Positions 38,725 through 52,800 of a DNA stretch of 64,000 bases are shown here, one piece after another (position 1 is the stretch's first letter; each line of letters begins with the position of its first letter). Origin of the DNA: Adineta vaga (Eukaryota; Animalia; Rotifera); the NCBI GenBank assembly GCA_021613535.1, contig CP075495.1, forward strand, positions 4,588,001 to 4,652,000, in the 5' to 3' direction. A model generated the notes under the pieces. That model saw nothing but the letters and a program-made list of their open reading frames with translations, searched no databases and was not told the origin of the DNA. The translations under genes and the position numbers were made by a program.

Positions 38725-40291
38725 TTAATATCCAATCTGTCGTTGTGATTCTAATAATTTTTCTCGTTCATCGATCATCGTTACTGCCTAAATTATATAA
38801 AGAATAGAATTGATCATCATTCTATTTTTCATCAACTTACCCAGCTGAAAAAAGCTGCTAAACCAATGGAAATCTCACTAACACGTATTAAATCATAATT
38901 ACGTAAGATATCTTTTGCTTCATGAGCTTTATCAACTGGAATTTGAAGTGGACTCAATTCATAACATCGACGACGGACACTATCTTTACCTAAACGTCCT
39001 AATAAATTTTGAATTTGTGCCCATTCCTTTGAGTATAAAACAAAACAAGTCACATGAGTCTTCTATATAAATAATTTTTACTTGAATTTCTTTATCTGAA
39101 TGTCCAAGAAGTAGAAAAGTAGCACGCATGACAGTGGAAACTTCATCAGGTGGTTTGGTATAACTATGTAATTCAGCGATTGTTGCTTGATTTAATCGTA
39201 AGACGCGAATTCTAAATTACCCATACATTCAAATCTATATCTGTTTTAATCAAATGAAATATACTACTTCATATGTTCGATCTTCATCAATCGATTGAGT
39301 AATTCCAATGCTCGTTCACATTCATATTTTAATTGATGAATATAATTATGATCTTTAACTTGTTGAATCGCTTCTTCTAGCGCAGGAATTGTTCGTTCTT
39401 CGATAGCAGCTAATAAATCTATAACGAAGAAAAATTGAATCATTCGAATCGATTCAATGATGAGGCAAATAGAATACCTCGACGAATTTTATCAAAATCA
39501 ACAATAAAAGGTGATTCTTGTGTAAATGTAAATGTATTTTGATTAAGTGGTGGACTAATCGTTTTTTCTTGTTGTGGTAAAGGTGATAAAATTGTTGGAT
39601 TTGGTGGAGTTGGTATACGAGGATACGATGTAATGATAGTTGATTCACCGATTGGCGTTGCTTTTTCATCAGCTAGGACAGGTCTTGGTGATTCGTGTCG
39701 ATTGATAGATTTAATTTCATGTACTTCATAGGATTTATATGGATTAAAATGATGTGGATAAGGACCTATTTTTTCTTTAATTACATCTTCAACTGAAAAC
39801 AAAACGATCAAAAGAGTTATGTTAGGATTTAAAATTCAAATTAAAACTCACGTAAGAAATAGATCAATGTCATTAGAACAAAAAGAGACATGAGAATCAT
39901 GAAAATGGCTAAAATTTGTCCTAAACTATCTAAAAGAACATGAAAGAGATTAAACAAAAATTAAATGAAATCTATTGAAATATTACGTTTTGCTTGTAGA
40001 ACACAACATACAATAATTGCTATGAAAATAGCTAATTCAATAAATGTCATCATAATAACTGATATTAGATGAAATCTGCGAAGAATTTTCTCTAGAATAA
40101 ATATTCATGTATATTTTTCGAAAAATGACTCCACAAATCAATCATTTACCTTTTCGTGTAACATAAATGAATGCTGCAACGGATGTAATAACTAATAGGA
40201 AAGCCAATGAAGCTAAAAAGATAGTCACCATTGACAAGCGTCGATTATAACTGCCTCCTGTTGTTGCTGTTGATATCATATCGTTAATCAT
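38725..40291 (-). CDS. Uncharacterised protein: 3 TM helices, Pro-rich linker, C-terminal dynein-MTBD-like domain; 8 exons
   Basis: Exons join in frame from ATG 40291 to TAA 38725. Three hydrophobic segments, then LNQATIAELHSYTKPPDEVSTVMRATFLLLG...EWAQIQNLLG...VSEISIGLAAFFSWAVTM. Confidence 0.75.
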
Positions 40292-41194
40292 TCTTTAAAA
40301 TGAAAGATAAATTTTCTTTCAGTTTTCTTTCCTTCTAAACTATTGTTCACTTGTCGAGAGGAGACAGTAAGGTGACCAACGGATAAGATTTGTCGTTATT
40401 CTTTCTTTTATATTCTTCAATGATTACGTCGACACATTAAAACGAAAAAGAATAATCACAAGTTCTTTTTCCTTCTTAGAAGTGGAAGGATGAAATATGA
40501 AGAGAGCAGTATTGTAGACTGTATGCAATTAGAACAAGAGAGAAGGAGACCTATCGGGTGTGTACATCAATCGATGAGTACATATGAGTAAAAAATGAAG
40601 AATGATGAAATATGTCGGTCGTCTTAGTAACACAATGTTTGTGCATGTGTTCGTTTAGACATATCTCCAACAACATACTTTCATATACAATAACAAGTAC
40701 TAGAATTCTTATTGAATTGAAAACATATCTTATACTTCAATTGACGACTACCATTTCGTTTTTGATTGAATTGACAAATGTAATTTTATAATATAAGAAT
40801 CGTTTGTTGACTAAGATCTTTTCCTTCCCCATTGATTATATGAAAATTTGCCTAAATATGTTGTCAACTACTCAATGTATTCAAATGAAATGGTCTTATG
40901 AGAGACGAAATTAACATTGATTTTTGATCAAAACTTCAGGAAATATGAGAATCAACGATAGGTTATGTCTTCGTCAGAATATAAATGATCATAAATTTTC
41001 AAGAAGTTCTTCACGATTTTTTTCTCATTTCCTTCGTTGACATATAAGGAACTCTTTTAAAACAAAACCCCACCTCTAATACTATTCGTTCTCTTTCCTC
41101 CATTAATAACGCTATCTGAATCATAAAAGAAAGAAATATTGTTCAGTTAATTCTCTGTTTTTGTTATTCCTTTTTTTTTCTATATTACCTCTAG

Positions 41195-44100
41195 AAAAAA
41201 AAATAATATATAATCTTCTATTAAACGAACAATGTGATCTCAACATAAATGAAGTATCAAAACATCTAAAATATTTCTTATTCAATGCAACGCATATGTT
41301 TTTGTAAAACAGTATCTTTATTTAATCATGTCTTACAACCAAGTCAAGCATTAGCATTATTTTATCAATCATTGATATTTTCATTGAAAAATTTCGCATT
41401 AATGAAATGGATTAGTTCCAATATTGGTATACCAATTGGATTACAATTATTAATGATTGATATTAATGGTAATGTGACGGTTGATGATGAATTACTTTAT
41501 AAACATCTATCGATTAGTAAACGTAAGAAGTTTGTTATTTTTTATTGTAATTAACAATTAAATGATTTATTTAATATTGTTATGAATAGATGATATTGGG
41601 CAACGTACAGATACTACAACGGTAAATGTATTGATTGAATATGAATAATTGAAATTTTATTGTTTAGATATTAAAATGGATTAGCCGAATTGTTCTTCGT
41701 TTAGTAACAGATTATTCTATTTCTTCGAAAGTCGAACGTTCATCTGAATTTGAAGATTTTTATGATTTTCTCAAACAATTTCATAGTTTGTTTTCTTTTT
41801 GTCTTTCGTAGGAGCATTATCTTCTTCTTCTTCTTTTTATCATAGCTCTATCAACAGACGATCGTTCAACATTATCTGATGATGACGAAGGTATTATCAG
41901 TGATGATCTCGATGAAGAAGATATCAGTCGACGAGCTATTCATCGTGCATTAACGGTAATAATCATTTATTTATTGTTTCATACAACTATATCTATTTTT
42001 TTTTGTTTTCTTTCTATTAGAAATGCGTTGATTATACGACAACAAATTCATCGAATACATTAAAAACGAATATTCATACAACTGGAATGCAAAATTTTGA
42101 AAATAATTCAATTAGTTTATACAATCAACAAATAATTCAAATTCTTTGTAATGATACATTAGAATTAGAAATTGAACTGTTCCAACCTTCTGTACGTAAC
42201 GGCATGAATGATTATTCGAAAGATTTTTGTTCTATTTTGATATTTTTAGCAATATACATCATTTGAAACTATATCTCAACCATCAACAAATGATAAAACA
42301 TTGACTAGTTATTATTCTGTTTGGGTTGGATTTCACGAAGAAGATTTTATCATTGTATGTTGATGAATTGCTTTTTGTTTTTAGGCAACGTTATGGAAAG
42401 ATGTAACGATGGAATATTTACAAATGAATAATAAAAAATGTTTGAGAAAAATCACAATTGATGAACGAAAGGATGAACATCCGTATGGTTTAATCCGAGA
42501 TAATGATCGAATGTTAGATGAAATAACAAAACAACAAAAAAATTTAAAGAAAATAATTGTAAATTCAACGATGAAAACATAATTTAAAAGGTTATTTTAT
42601 TTTTGAATTCCTTTAGATACAAACAAATAAACCTACTGAAAATGATTCTTATTGTTTACATGATCGTTTGATGTCGGAAATTAAACAAGATAGAAAATTA
42701 AAATCAATTGAACAAATTTTACCAATTGATTCCAATCGAAAACGTATTCATCCTGTAGAAGTAAATTATTATGCTTTCAAACAAACGTATTTTCTCAATC
42801 CGTTCTTGTTTTTCTCTAGAATTTCAATGAAAGTGAATCTAGTTCGAATGATGATGATGATGATGATGATGAATATCGTGATGAATATGGAAGAAAACGA
42901 GTTATGGTTGTTGATTGTCTTCTTGAAACATCCCCCGAAGATAATATTAAAGGTACAAAAAAAGACTCTTTTAATTTTCTAATTCAATTAAGTTTTATCA
43001 TACTATGATCAAGATGAATCACCAATCACAACTCGGAATGAATCTCATTCATCATTTGAGATTTCCATAAAAGCAAAAGCGTCATGTAAAAAAATTAATT
43101 ATTCAACAATAGAAAAGCTCGAATTAGAATATATATCAATGGAAAAACTTCTTCCGGTTTGTTTTCTATCTATTATGTATACAGCTTTCATCGTTGTGTG
43201 TTTTTGTTATCAATGGAAGGGTATGTTATTACCTCGCAGGTTTTATCTTCGAGACTATTCTGCTTATTTAGTTTTATAATCGTGCATGCACATATATCCT
43301 TCTATATATATATATACATCCGTAATAATAAAAAGAAAACTAGAAAAGAAAGAAAGAGAGAAAGAAAAAAGAGCGTCAATAATGAATGCTCCTAAGAATT
43401 TGTTTCCGAATTGTTACCGACTATGTTAAAGAGAAAAAAAAGATCCGGCCTACGCACCATAGTGATCCGGTACCGGAGAGAAAAGAAAAGCCCGACGAAG
43501 AAAGAAAGTAAACATAAGGACGACAAGAATTGTTGGTCTACTAGAAAGCATTCGTCTATATGGAATTGGAATAAACGAACAGTCTATTATTTGATGTGCT
43601 AACACTCGACATAACACAGAACATTAGTAATCAATTGATCTATCCGTAGAATCTAGTATGCAATTGCAAGAACGTATTTTACAGGTAGTTTTTTTCTTAG
43701 GATTTAATGTCAGTGTACATGATTAATGTTAATAAATTAAATATTTATATATGGTTCTTTATTTTTTTAGCTTTTAAAAGATAGTTCGGACACATTATCA
43801 TTAACTTATGATGAATTTTGTCATATACGAAATGTTATTACACGATCTGAATTAGAAACATTATTATTTGATGAAAAATTGTACAACGAAGTTGCTCAGA
43901 GCAAAGTAAATTTCATTGAAAACAAAAACCTTTTTTTTGATTTCTAATTAATTATTTATCATTCTATGCTAGTTATGTTTTACATGTCGAAAGGTTTATT
44001 TTAATTTACTGACATTTACATTCGGTATTCAATGTAATGTTTGTAAGCAGAAAATTTGTCGAAATTGTGTTACACAAGTATGAAACGGAAAATGTTTACA

Positions 44101-45310
44101 TTGAATTCTATTTTTCTGTACTATATCGCTTTTATTAGATTACTCTACCAAAAGAAAAATTAAATGATCTTCCAATTCAAGCCATTACTCCATTAACATT
44201 ATCAAAATCCCTAGCAAATTCAGAAAGATGTCATTCACTTGATACACAGTAAGTATTGACATAGAGAACAACAACAACAACTAGACTTTATGCATCCGTA
44301 TGTATATCATGAAAAATTTATTCAATGTTATTTCCTTTGTTCGGACAAACGAGTTTTTTCTCAAAAGAAAACTTTTATTTATTCATTAGAAAAATCAGAG
44401 CAATGATTTTAATATTCTATATTTACCGGATATATTTCCAAGTACCTCGATGTGTAGTGAAGTATTTTCTGATTAAACTTGGAATATATATCTAAATAAC
44501 TTGTTACTTGCAATATTCAGAAGGAACTAAACAATAGGAAATGCATCTGGACACTTAAGACAGAAACCGGACGAATAAAAATAATCCTCTTCTGTTCTTT
44601 GACAAATTAATTTTGACAAAAGACAAATTTTCTGTTCTTCAATCGCACCTTCAATTAATGCATAAAATAATAATAATTACGATCTTTCTTTTTTGCCTAT
44701 TTAAATCCCTGAATCATTCAGCTAACAATTATCTTTATTTAATCTATAATTTGAATTTTCTCTCAGATCTCCTCAAACACCAACAATGAACGATATTTTA
44801 AATGATCTCAATCCGGATGATGGTGAATCACGTCGTTGTTCAACACCAGGCGCTAGTATAGCACAATCTAATTCAAGTCCATGGCGTACTGATCCAATTG
44901 ATATATGTACAGATTGTTTTTTTCTTCTTCAACAAATTCGTAAAAAATCTCGTCAACGTCATATTTCACCTGCTGTCACTTCAAGTTTAGTGTCATCAAC
45001 TTCATCATCATTCAATCGTTCACATCATTCATTTTCGAACTATAATCTCTCAACCTCATCATCAACATCATCTATTGCTGCTCTTCTAGCTGTTCAACAA
45101 CAACGTTCATTAATGGTAAAAACAACATCAATTCATGGTAATTTGAAACAAGCAAAATCAGCCCAAGAAATAACAACAAATAATAATTTATTACAAACAA
45201 TTTCAACAACAACAAATCAAACGGAAAGAGTTAGTCTATCTCGACAAAATCTTTTTCTTAAACTTCAACCAGCCTATGATATGAAAATGACTAATATTAA
45301 AACAGGATAA
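41195..45310 (+). CDS. spir: Spire actin nucleator (KIND, WH2 repeats, Spir-box, split FYVE-like zinc finger); start exon not resolved
   Basis: KIND-like LSLFNHVLQPSQALALFYQ; WH2-like WKDVTMEYLQ...LRKI, MLDEITKQQKNLKKI and LHDRLMSEIKQDRKLKSI; Spir-box LSLTYDEFCHIRNVITRSELE; CFTCRK...CNVCKQKICRNC...DICTDC. Confidence 0.85.
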
Positions 45311-46050
45311 TTTCTATTTTTGTTGTTGTTGTTATCTTCCTTTCTTCCTTATATTTACATTTATCTTTCACGTTTTTCTTTTCTCTTCTTCATTTCACTC
45401 ATCCCGTATGTTGTATGTTTGTCAACGGAACAGATATATATATATATTTTTTTCTCCTTCGTGTTGTTTTGATTTTGCATTCAAATGATTTCCCGACAAA
45501 TTCTATTTATTATCTTTTGTCTTCGGTGAACCTAATCTTACGTATACTTTTCTTTGTATAACAACAATAGCATGTAAATAAAAAATTCGTGTGAATATAA
45601 TATTTCTTACAAAATTAACATTGATAAAATACATTTTCTCATTTTGCAAAACTTTTCTCATAGATTTATTTCAAAATTCTTCATACATTATTAATTAATT
45701 AACAATAAATTATAATAAGAAAAATTAAAGGTATGTTTTATACTATTAAAAATGCTTTACTTTTTATATTATCTAATCAGATCTGTGTTAAGAAATCGAA
45801 TTGATCGACATATAATTTAAATTTCCTTTATTGGATACTTTAAAATTTATTAAATATGTTCATAAGCGTAAGATTTCAATGAGATCTATATATAAATATA
45901 GATGAAGTGCTAATAAGAAATAAATCATGAAAATAATACTTGTTACAATCCTCTTTATATAAAACTTATTCTTTTCATTGCTTACTATTCTTATACTTGA
46001 AAAAAATTTTTCAATTATCTTTTTCTATTTTCTTTTCATTAGAACTTCTG

Positions 46051-46538
46051 ATGGTTTCATTGTCTGTTTATCGACAGATGTAACAATGCTATGTCTTGTT
46101 GGTATTAGTCTTTCATTATATGCATTCTATGTTGAAACACGTGTAACAAAAGATCGATCATATCGAGCAGCATGTGATATCAGTGAACGTATGAGTTGTT
46201 CACGTGTATTAACATCACGTTGGGGACGTGGTTTTGGTTTATTTCCTGATGATTCACCATTGAATCTTCCTGATTCATTATTTGGTTTCATGTTTTATTG
46301 TTTATCTTTAATTCTTAATCGATCATATACATCAAAATTAATTGCTCGTCTACGTGTTATTTTATCAATAATGACCAATCTTGGTTCAGTTTATCTTAGT
46401 TATATACTTTATTTTGTTTTACATGATGTTTGTATTGTTTGTTGTGGTATGTACGTGGTAAATTTTCTTCTATTTATTTGTAATTTGAAATTATTAACAA
46501 TGACAAACACAAGCAAACAGAAACACAAGAACCAGTAG
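46051..46538 (+). CDS. VKORC1: Vitamin K epoxide reductase, intronless CDS; start ambiguous (46051 or 46086)
   Basis: LCLVGISLSLYAFYVE, YRAACDISERMSCSRVLTSRWGRGFGL, SVYLSYILYFVLHDVCIVC (CxxC active site). Confidence 0.93.
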
Positions 46539-49500
46539 ACATATACACGTATAGACATATATATATATATATGAAAAAAAAACGTCGAGAAGAAAGAAAA
46601 AGAAAAAGAAAATATCTAACAATTTGTTTTTGTTCTCGTTCGTGTTCGTACTTCTCCTCAAGAAAAAAAAAATCATCATCGTTTTATGTTCTTATTTTTT
46701 TTCTTATTTTTTTCTTCTTTCGTTCTCGTTTACTGTTTTCCATTCTGTCTATTCTCTCATTGCGTCCACGAACACAGTCAAACCAGCTGCTAATCAGTTT
46801 CTTTCTCTTTCTTCTTTTTTTTTCTACTTTTTTTACTGTTAGAAAATGAATATGAAACGAAGAAGTTATGCATATTCTATTCATTTCAGGTTATCATTCT
46901 AGATAAATCTTACTACGTTTACCATCATCATCATCATCATCAACAACAACATTGAGAAAATAGTAACGTTCTCTTTTGTGCAAGTATACGAACAGACAGA
47001 AACATATACACCTTATCTATATATGTTTAGCAACGCGATGCTGGCGTATTGTGAGTATTGCTAGTAACAGCTGTGCACAAATGATAGAACTAGCATTGAG
47101 AGAGAGAGAGAGAGATAGAAAAAAAATGAGAAAAGAAATAAGTTTTAGTTTATTAGTCGTATCAATTGACGAACACGATGTGTAGTAGTTTTTCTTTCTT
47201 TCTTCATTCGATTTTTATCAAAATCGAATTAAATGCATGAGTGATCAGCAGACTATTATTGGCGAACTAATCAGGTGCACAATCAAAGAAGAAGTATCTC
47301 AGAACAAACAATGTATTTTGATATTGAGATATATAACGATTTCCGTTGTTTTGGTCTCTTGAAAAGAAGAAAGTGCGATACTTTGGACTGGAGAGAAGAG
47401 TACTGTCTATTCGTTATTACTGTTACTCGTTTGCTTTTAGGCTATCGACGTACAAAGCCTCATACACACAAGGAAGGAAGAAGAGGCTTGTTGTTCTTAT
47501 TCTCGTTTTCCTTCTCCCTCTATTCTGTCCCGGTTTCTCTTCTTTTTCTTTTTTGCTCGTTTCTTCTTGTAGATTTTTTTGCTACTCTCCCTTCTGACGA
47601 CTACATTGGTGTTAGTGGCGGCCTGTTGTGCAATTGACGACAACGACATCGACGCGACACGGACCCTCACCTCTTCCTAAATGTTCTTGTGGTCGCACTA
47701 GTAGGTGATCCATTTCCAATTTCGTTCAAGTGCACTCATCTCATACGGTAAGCACATATATTGATATTGAAGAAAAATTTTCATCATTGACCTAACACAT
47801 GTGTAGATAATAAATGGGAAAAGTTTTTTTTCCTCTCTTTTGCTACTTAGTGGTCTCTAATCGAATTAATCGATTTCTGTATATATATATGTATGTATGG
47901 ACGTGTGCGTGGCTAGTCCACGACAAAGAACAGAAAAGACAGATGTTGTCAGGAAAACGTTTTAAATAAACGAAGAGAGTTCTTCGAATTCAGTCCATTG
48001 TATTCCAATCGTATTGTCATTTAAAAATTTTGTCCTAAGGAAAGAGTATGAATACTTGAAATGACATTCTCGTTCTCATTTTTTTTTCTTTGGTTAATTA
48101 AAACCTTCGTTTACTTTAATAATTCTTTTGTTTTCTTTTCCTATTCCAAGCGTGCATGTGTGTGTATATATATGCTTCATAAAATAAAAGTGTGATGTCA
48201 GTTAGAATGGCAGCAGCTGTTTTTCTCGAATGAGTATCATCAAGAGAGAAGAGGATAGCTTTTCTAGTCCTCTTGACGCATTGAATCCAATGATAAAATA
48301 AGAGGCATCTCTTGCTTCGTCTATGTTGAAGAGCTTTGATTGTCGACACATCGTCATTTAAAAAGAGAATATAGTAACAAGACAAAGCTTGATTCTCAAT
48401 TAACCATGAGATAGGCTGTCAGTTAGATTCGATAGAAAAAATAAGAACCGTAGAAAAATAGTTTCTTTTCATATATATATTACACCATATTATGGAGAAA
48501 GAAAACTCATCAATTTGACATCCATCTAATTACTTTTCATCTAGTAAATAGCTTCGTTTAGATTTAAGAGAAAATACGAAAAAGAAATGATAAATGTATC
48601 TGACACGATCAAAATCAAAGAAGAAACACTGCATATACATCTCTACCGATATATATATATTGCACCTTTAGCTATCAAACCAGACTCTTTTATAATTGCA
48701 CGCTACACACCCCATTTCCTTTCGCTCGCACATAAATATATTGCATTGCGCGACCGGAAGTCAACGACTGTTCGTTCGTTGTGTCGACCGATCAGTCTGT
48801 TCATCACTCATTCTCTTTTTTCATTCATCCTCCCTCCTCCACCCATTCCCTCTTCATCAAACTCGCTTTGCTCGTTTTTCTTGTATATTGCTAATCTCGC
48901 ATGCAATAGCGGCGGCAATGGTCGACGCTGACTGGCTAGGCTGATGGTGATGAGTACATCGTGTGACGACGAACAAGAGAGTACTCTCCTTCTCCCCATT
49001 CGGTCGGTTTATTTCTTCTTATTCTGCATCTTCTTTTCATCGGTCTATTCGCGTTTTGTGTGCGCTTGATTTAGCTTGAGAACATAGAGACAAAGAGAAA
49101 GAGAGACAGAGAGCGATGTGCCTTTGTCTATTATAGATTAAAAAGGGGGGAAACTAACAACGACCTCCGCACGCACAAACATATATATATATATGTATGT
49201 ATATACATATACATATTCACTAGGACATATCGAATCGTGTACAAGTAGTAGTTTTTAATCAATCGAAAACGAGTACAGACAAATTCACGTAGTCTTAGTG
49301 AAAAAAATGTCAACTGTTGTTGCTCATCAGGTAATTCATATGACATATATTTATATTTCTTTACAATAGAGGGAGATAGAGAAAGAAAGAGAGAACTTTC
49401 TTTTTCAATCTATTTACTTTTTTCTTGTATTCTTAAATTTTAAATTACATATGTTTTGATAAGAAACTCTTCAAATAAGTCATAATGTCATGTTAATAGA

Positions 49501-49846
49501 GACGTTTGTTTTGATTTTGATAGAAATTGAAATTGAATAAAATTTGATTTCTTTTCCCATCAATCAACATTGAATAGAATATTATTTTTGCGATTGACAT
49601 CGAATGACATCATTTGATAATATATGTCGCTATCGTTGTTGTCCTGTTCTGTTTCCATTCGATCTTTACATATAGATACATGTATATACATCTATACAAA
49701 TCGTGTGGTCATTTTTCGTCTTGTTTTTTTTCCTTCTCTAACTGTTCGTTATTCGCCGTCCTTGATAAACACTTCTTTTTGTCGTTGGAGTGTAATGTTT
49801 ACATTTATTTGTCACTTCTATTCACATATACGTATATGTATACTAA

Positions 49847-52800
49847 ATGACATCATCTTCACCGTCTAATCATCGACATCATCGTCAGTTAGATACAAGT
49901 CTTGAGCGACAAGCTCGTTTAGCTGCTGCTAATGCTGTTGCAACTTGTTTTTCATCGTCGTCTTCTTCTACTTCTTCTTCTTCTACTCTACGTAGACAAC
50001 GTTCGGCATCATTAAATACTACGTTTGACCAGACTCATTGGATACTTGTCATGCCGACGCTCGAGGTGATGTATCTTTTCATTTACTTATTGTGTACATA
50101 TAGACATATATAAATGAATACATTTAACTCCGCCTTCTAACCGTTTTTTGTTCATTGATGAACACAGCACGAATGACGAGATAATTAAATAGTATATATA
50201 GGACGTGTTTTATTTTGTTCTTGTTAATGCACAGTTGGATTATTGTAAGTTTGAACTAATTTAATACATCCCGTCGACAATACTGTCTAATGAATAATTC
50301 AATAATGACAATCTGTAGATGACCTTATATCGTTGTAGTTAGATTTCAATGAAATGTCATTGAAAAAAATTCAATGACTGATTCGATTTATTCTAGAAAT
50401 TCAATGGATTGTGCTTCTTCTTTATATATAAACTAATTATTTCTTTTGATTTTGTTTACATATTTAATCGTTTTCCAATGACCTGATGTGCCCTCCAGAT
50501 GATCTTCTATAGAATATAAAAGTGAAAGATATAGAACCGGGAAAAGGGAGAAGAAGAAGAAGAAGCAATGTGTGATGAGTAGTATGTTCGTAGATAACAG
50601 TCAGTTGCTTGTGAGATGAACCGACTGATCATTAATCAAACTATATGTGTTTGTGTATATATATATATATGTATATGGTCGATTTCTTTTTCTCCTTCTC
50701 TTTCTCCCTATGGTATTTATTATCTCTCTTCTCTCGACCTCTTCTACTGTTCATCTAAACATTTCATTTGCATTGTTTAAGGCTAAAGCGAGAGAAAGTG
50801 TATAAGTGATTGCGGTCAAGAAAAAAATATTTTTATTTATAATAGATTTAGTTTAATAAAATAAAATAAAAAGACAGATATGGTTATGATGACGGCTACA
50901 GCTGCTTCAACTTTAGGGGTGAGTCATTATTAGTTTTATTCGTGTGTGTATGTTTTTTTTTCTTCACATGTAATGACCTTTTTATATGATGTAGATACAC
51001 ACATATATATATATATATATGACAAAGAAAAGAAAAAAAAATAATGACGTGTAATGTGAAGAGAAAAAAAAAGAAATCAAAAGAATGATGATTACTCTTC
51101 GGCTTGTTGTCGAAAAGCGTTTTTCTGTGGCCCTGACGCACATACATAGATTCTTTTTCTGTGTTGCAAACATAAAGTAAGAGTAAAAGAGCGATATGGT
51201 CAAATGTGAAGAGGAGATAGAAACATATATATATATATAGTATGAGTACTTCTATAATCATTCAAATACACATATATACTAGACAGTCTTTTTCTTTTTT
51301 ATGGCGACAGGTGGATGATACGTGACATTTTTTTTTTTCGTAATATACGAAAGTTTGTCGAATATAATTGTATTTTGTTCTGTTCTGTATATTATTTAGC
51401 AACCGGCATCTTATAACACATCACAAACGCCTTCTTTACATCATTTAATTATTGATTCTCATTCAGCCGGTCACGTCCAACAACAACAACAACAAACGCA
51501 ACAGCAACATTCAACAACAATAGCAAATATGGCATTAACAGCTGAACGTGATGCTTATTTACGATTAGCAGCACATTCGATGGAACGTTCGGAACAACTT
51601 ACAACACATTTCAATATTCGTTCACCTAAAGCTTATGGTGGTTATGTTGTAAGTATTATAAAGAGTCATTTTTTTCTCACTTTAAAAATTAAAAAGAGTA
51701 AGAATACATTCATTTTAGTTCCTTCTATCAGTCATTTATCTGCATTTTTTTTGTTTCTTCTACGTGCTTTTCTCTTTGTTTGATTGCCGCACGCCGAACT
51801 ATGTTATTGTTCGATTAAATGATGATGATGATGATAGGGAGGAAAAAAAGCAAAGAACGTTTCTCTCATCATCGCTATTTCTTTTTCCTCATATATTATG
51901 TCTGTCTACACTCGATTCTCTAGTTCAGGAAGTATCTCTCATTAATAAAAGAAAACGAGTCTTTTTCTTTCCTTGAATTTTTGTTTTCTTTGTTATTAAT
52001 GGGTCAATCCATTGTAACCTTGAAGAACAACAATTCAATCGAACAATTGCCCTCATGATTGTCTCATTACACTAAGAGAAAAATTCATTATGAGTGGTGA
52101 ATATATTTGAGCATCTTTCACTAATAAGAAAAGCTTGTTGCAGGTTGAAATAAATGTATTGTGTTTGTAACAGAAAAACACGACATGATAATTTTAACAA
52201 TGTTTAAATAGATCACCAAAAGGCAAAAGAAAAAGAAGGATCATATTTCAGTTTTTGTTCTATCAATATGATAAATTGTTTGTCCATTCGTTGGATATGG
52301 ATATGCATGCTGAAATCCTATTATGTCCTAGTAGTAATAGCTGATTAACCTGATATGTTGCTCATGACATATAGAATGGCAGCATTATTATTATTATTTT
52401 GTATATACATATATATATACATGCATGTATATCTATATGTTTGTCAAAAGAAAGTTATTGTTGACTCTTTTCTCTTCTCGTATATACCCATAGGAAATTG
52501 TATACATTAAATATTTAACGCCAATCAAGAACGATAGGACAGAAGTAAAGAAGCTTTGAAGTTGTTCAATGAATGGCTTCAAGCAAAAATTGATTAGACT
52601 TTTTCTCTCTTTTGTTTGGAACGAACTAAGTTTCTAGTTCCAATCAGACAGACAGACAGACAGATAGAATAAGCAATATGGGAAATGATAGAACGTCAGG
52701 GAAAAGAATGTAGTGCTAATATATACGACTTTTTTTTTAGTATTTCTCGAATGAAGAATAAGAAATCTAAATCATCTTGACGACTAGAAATGTTGATAGT

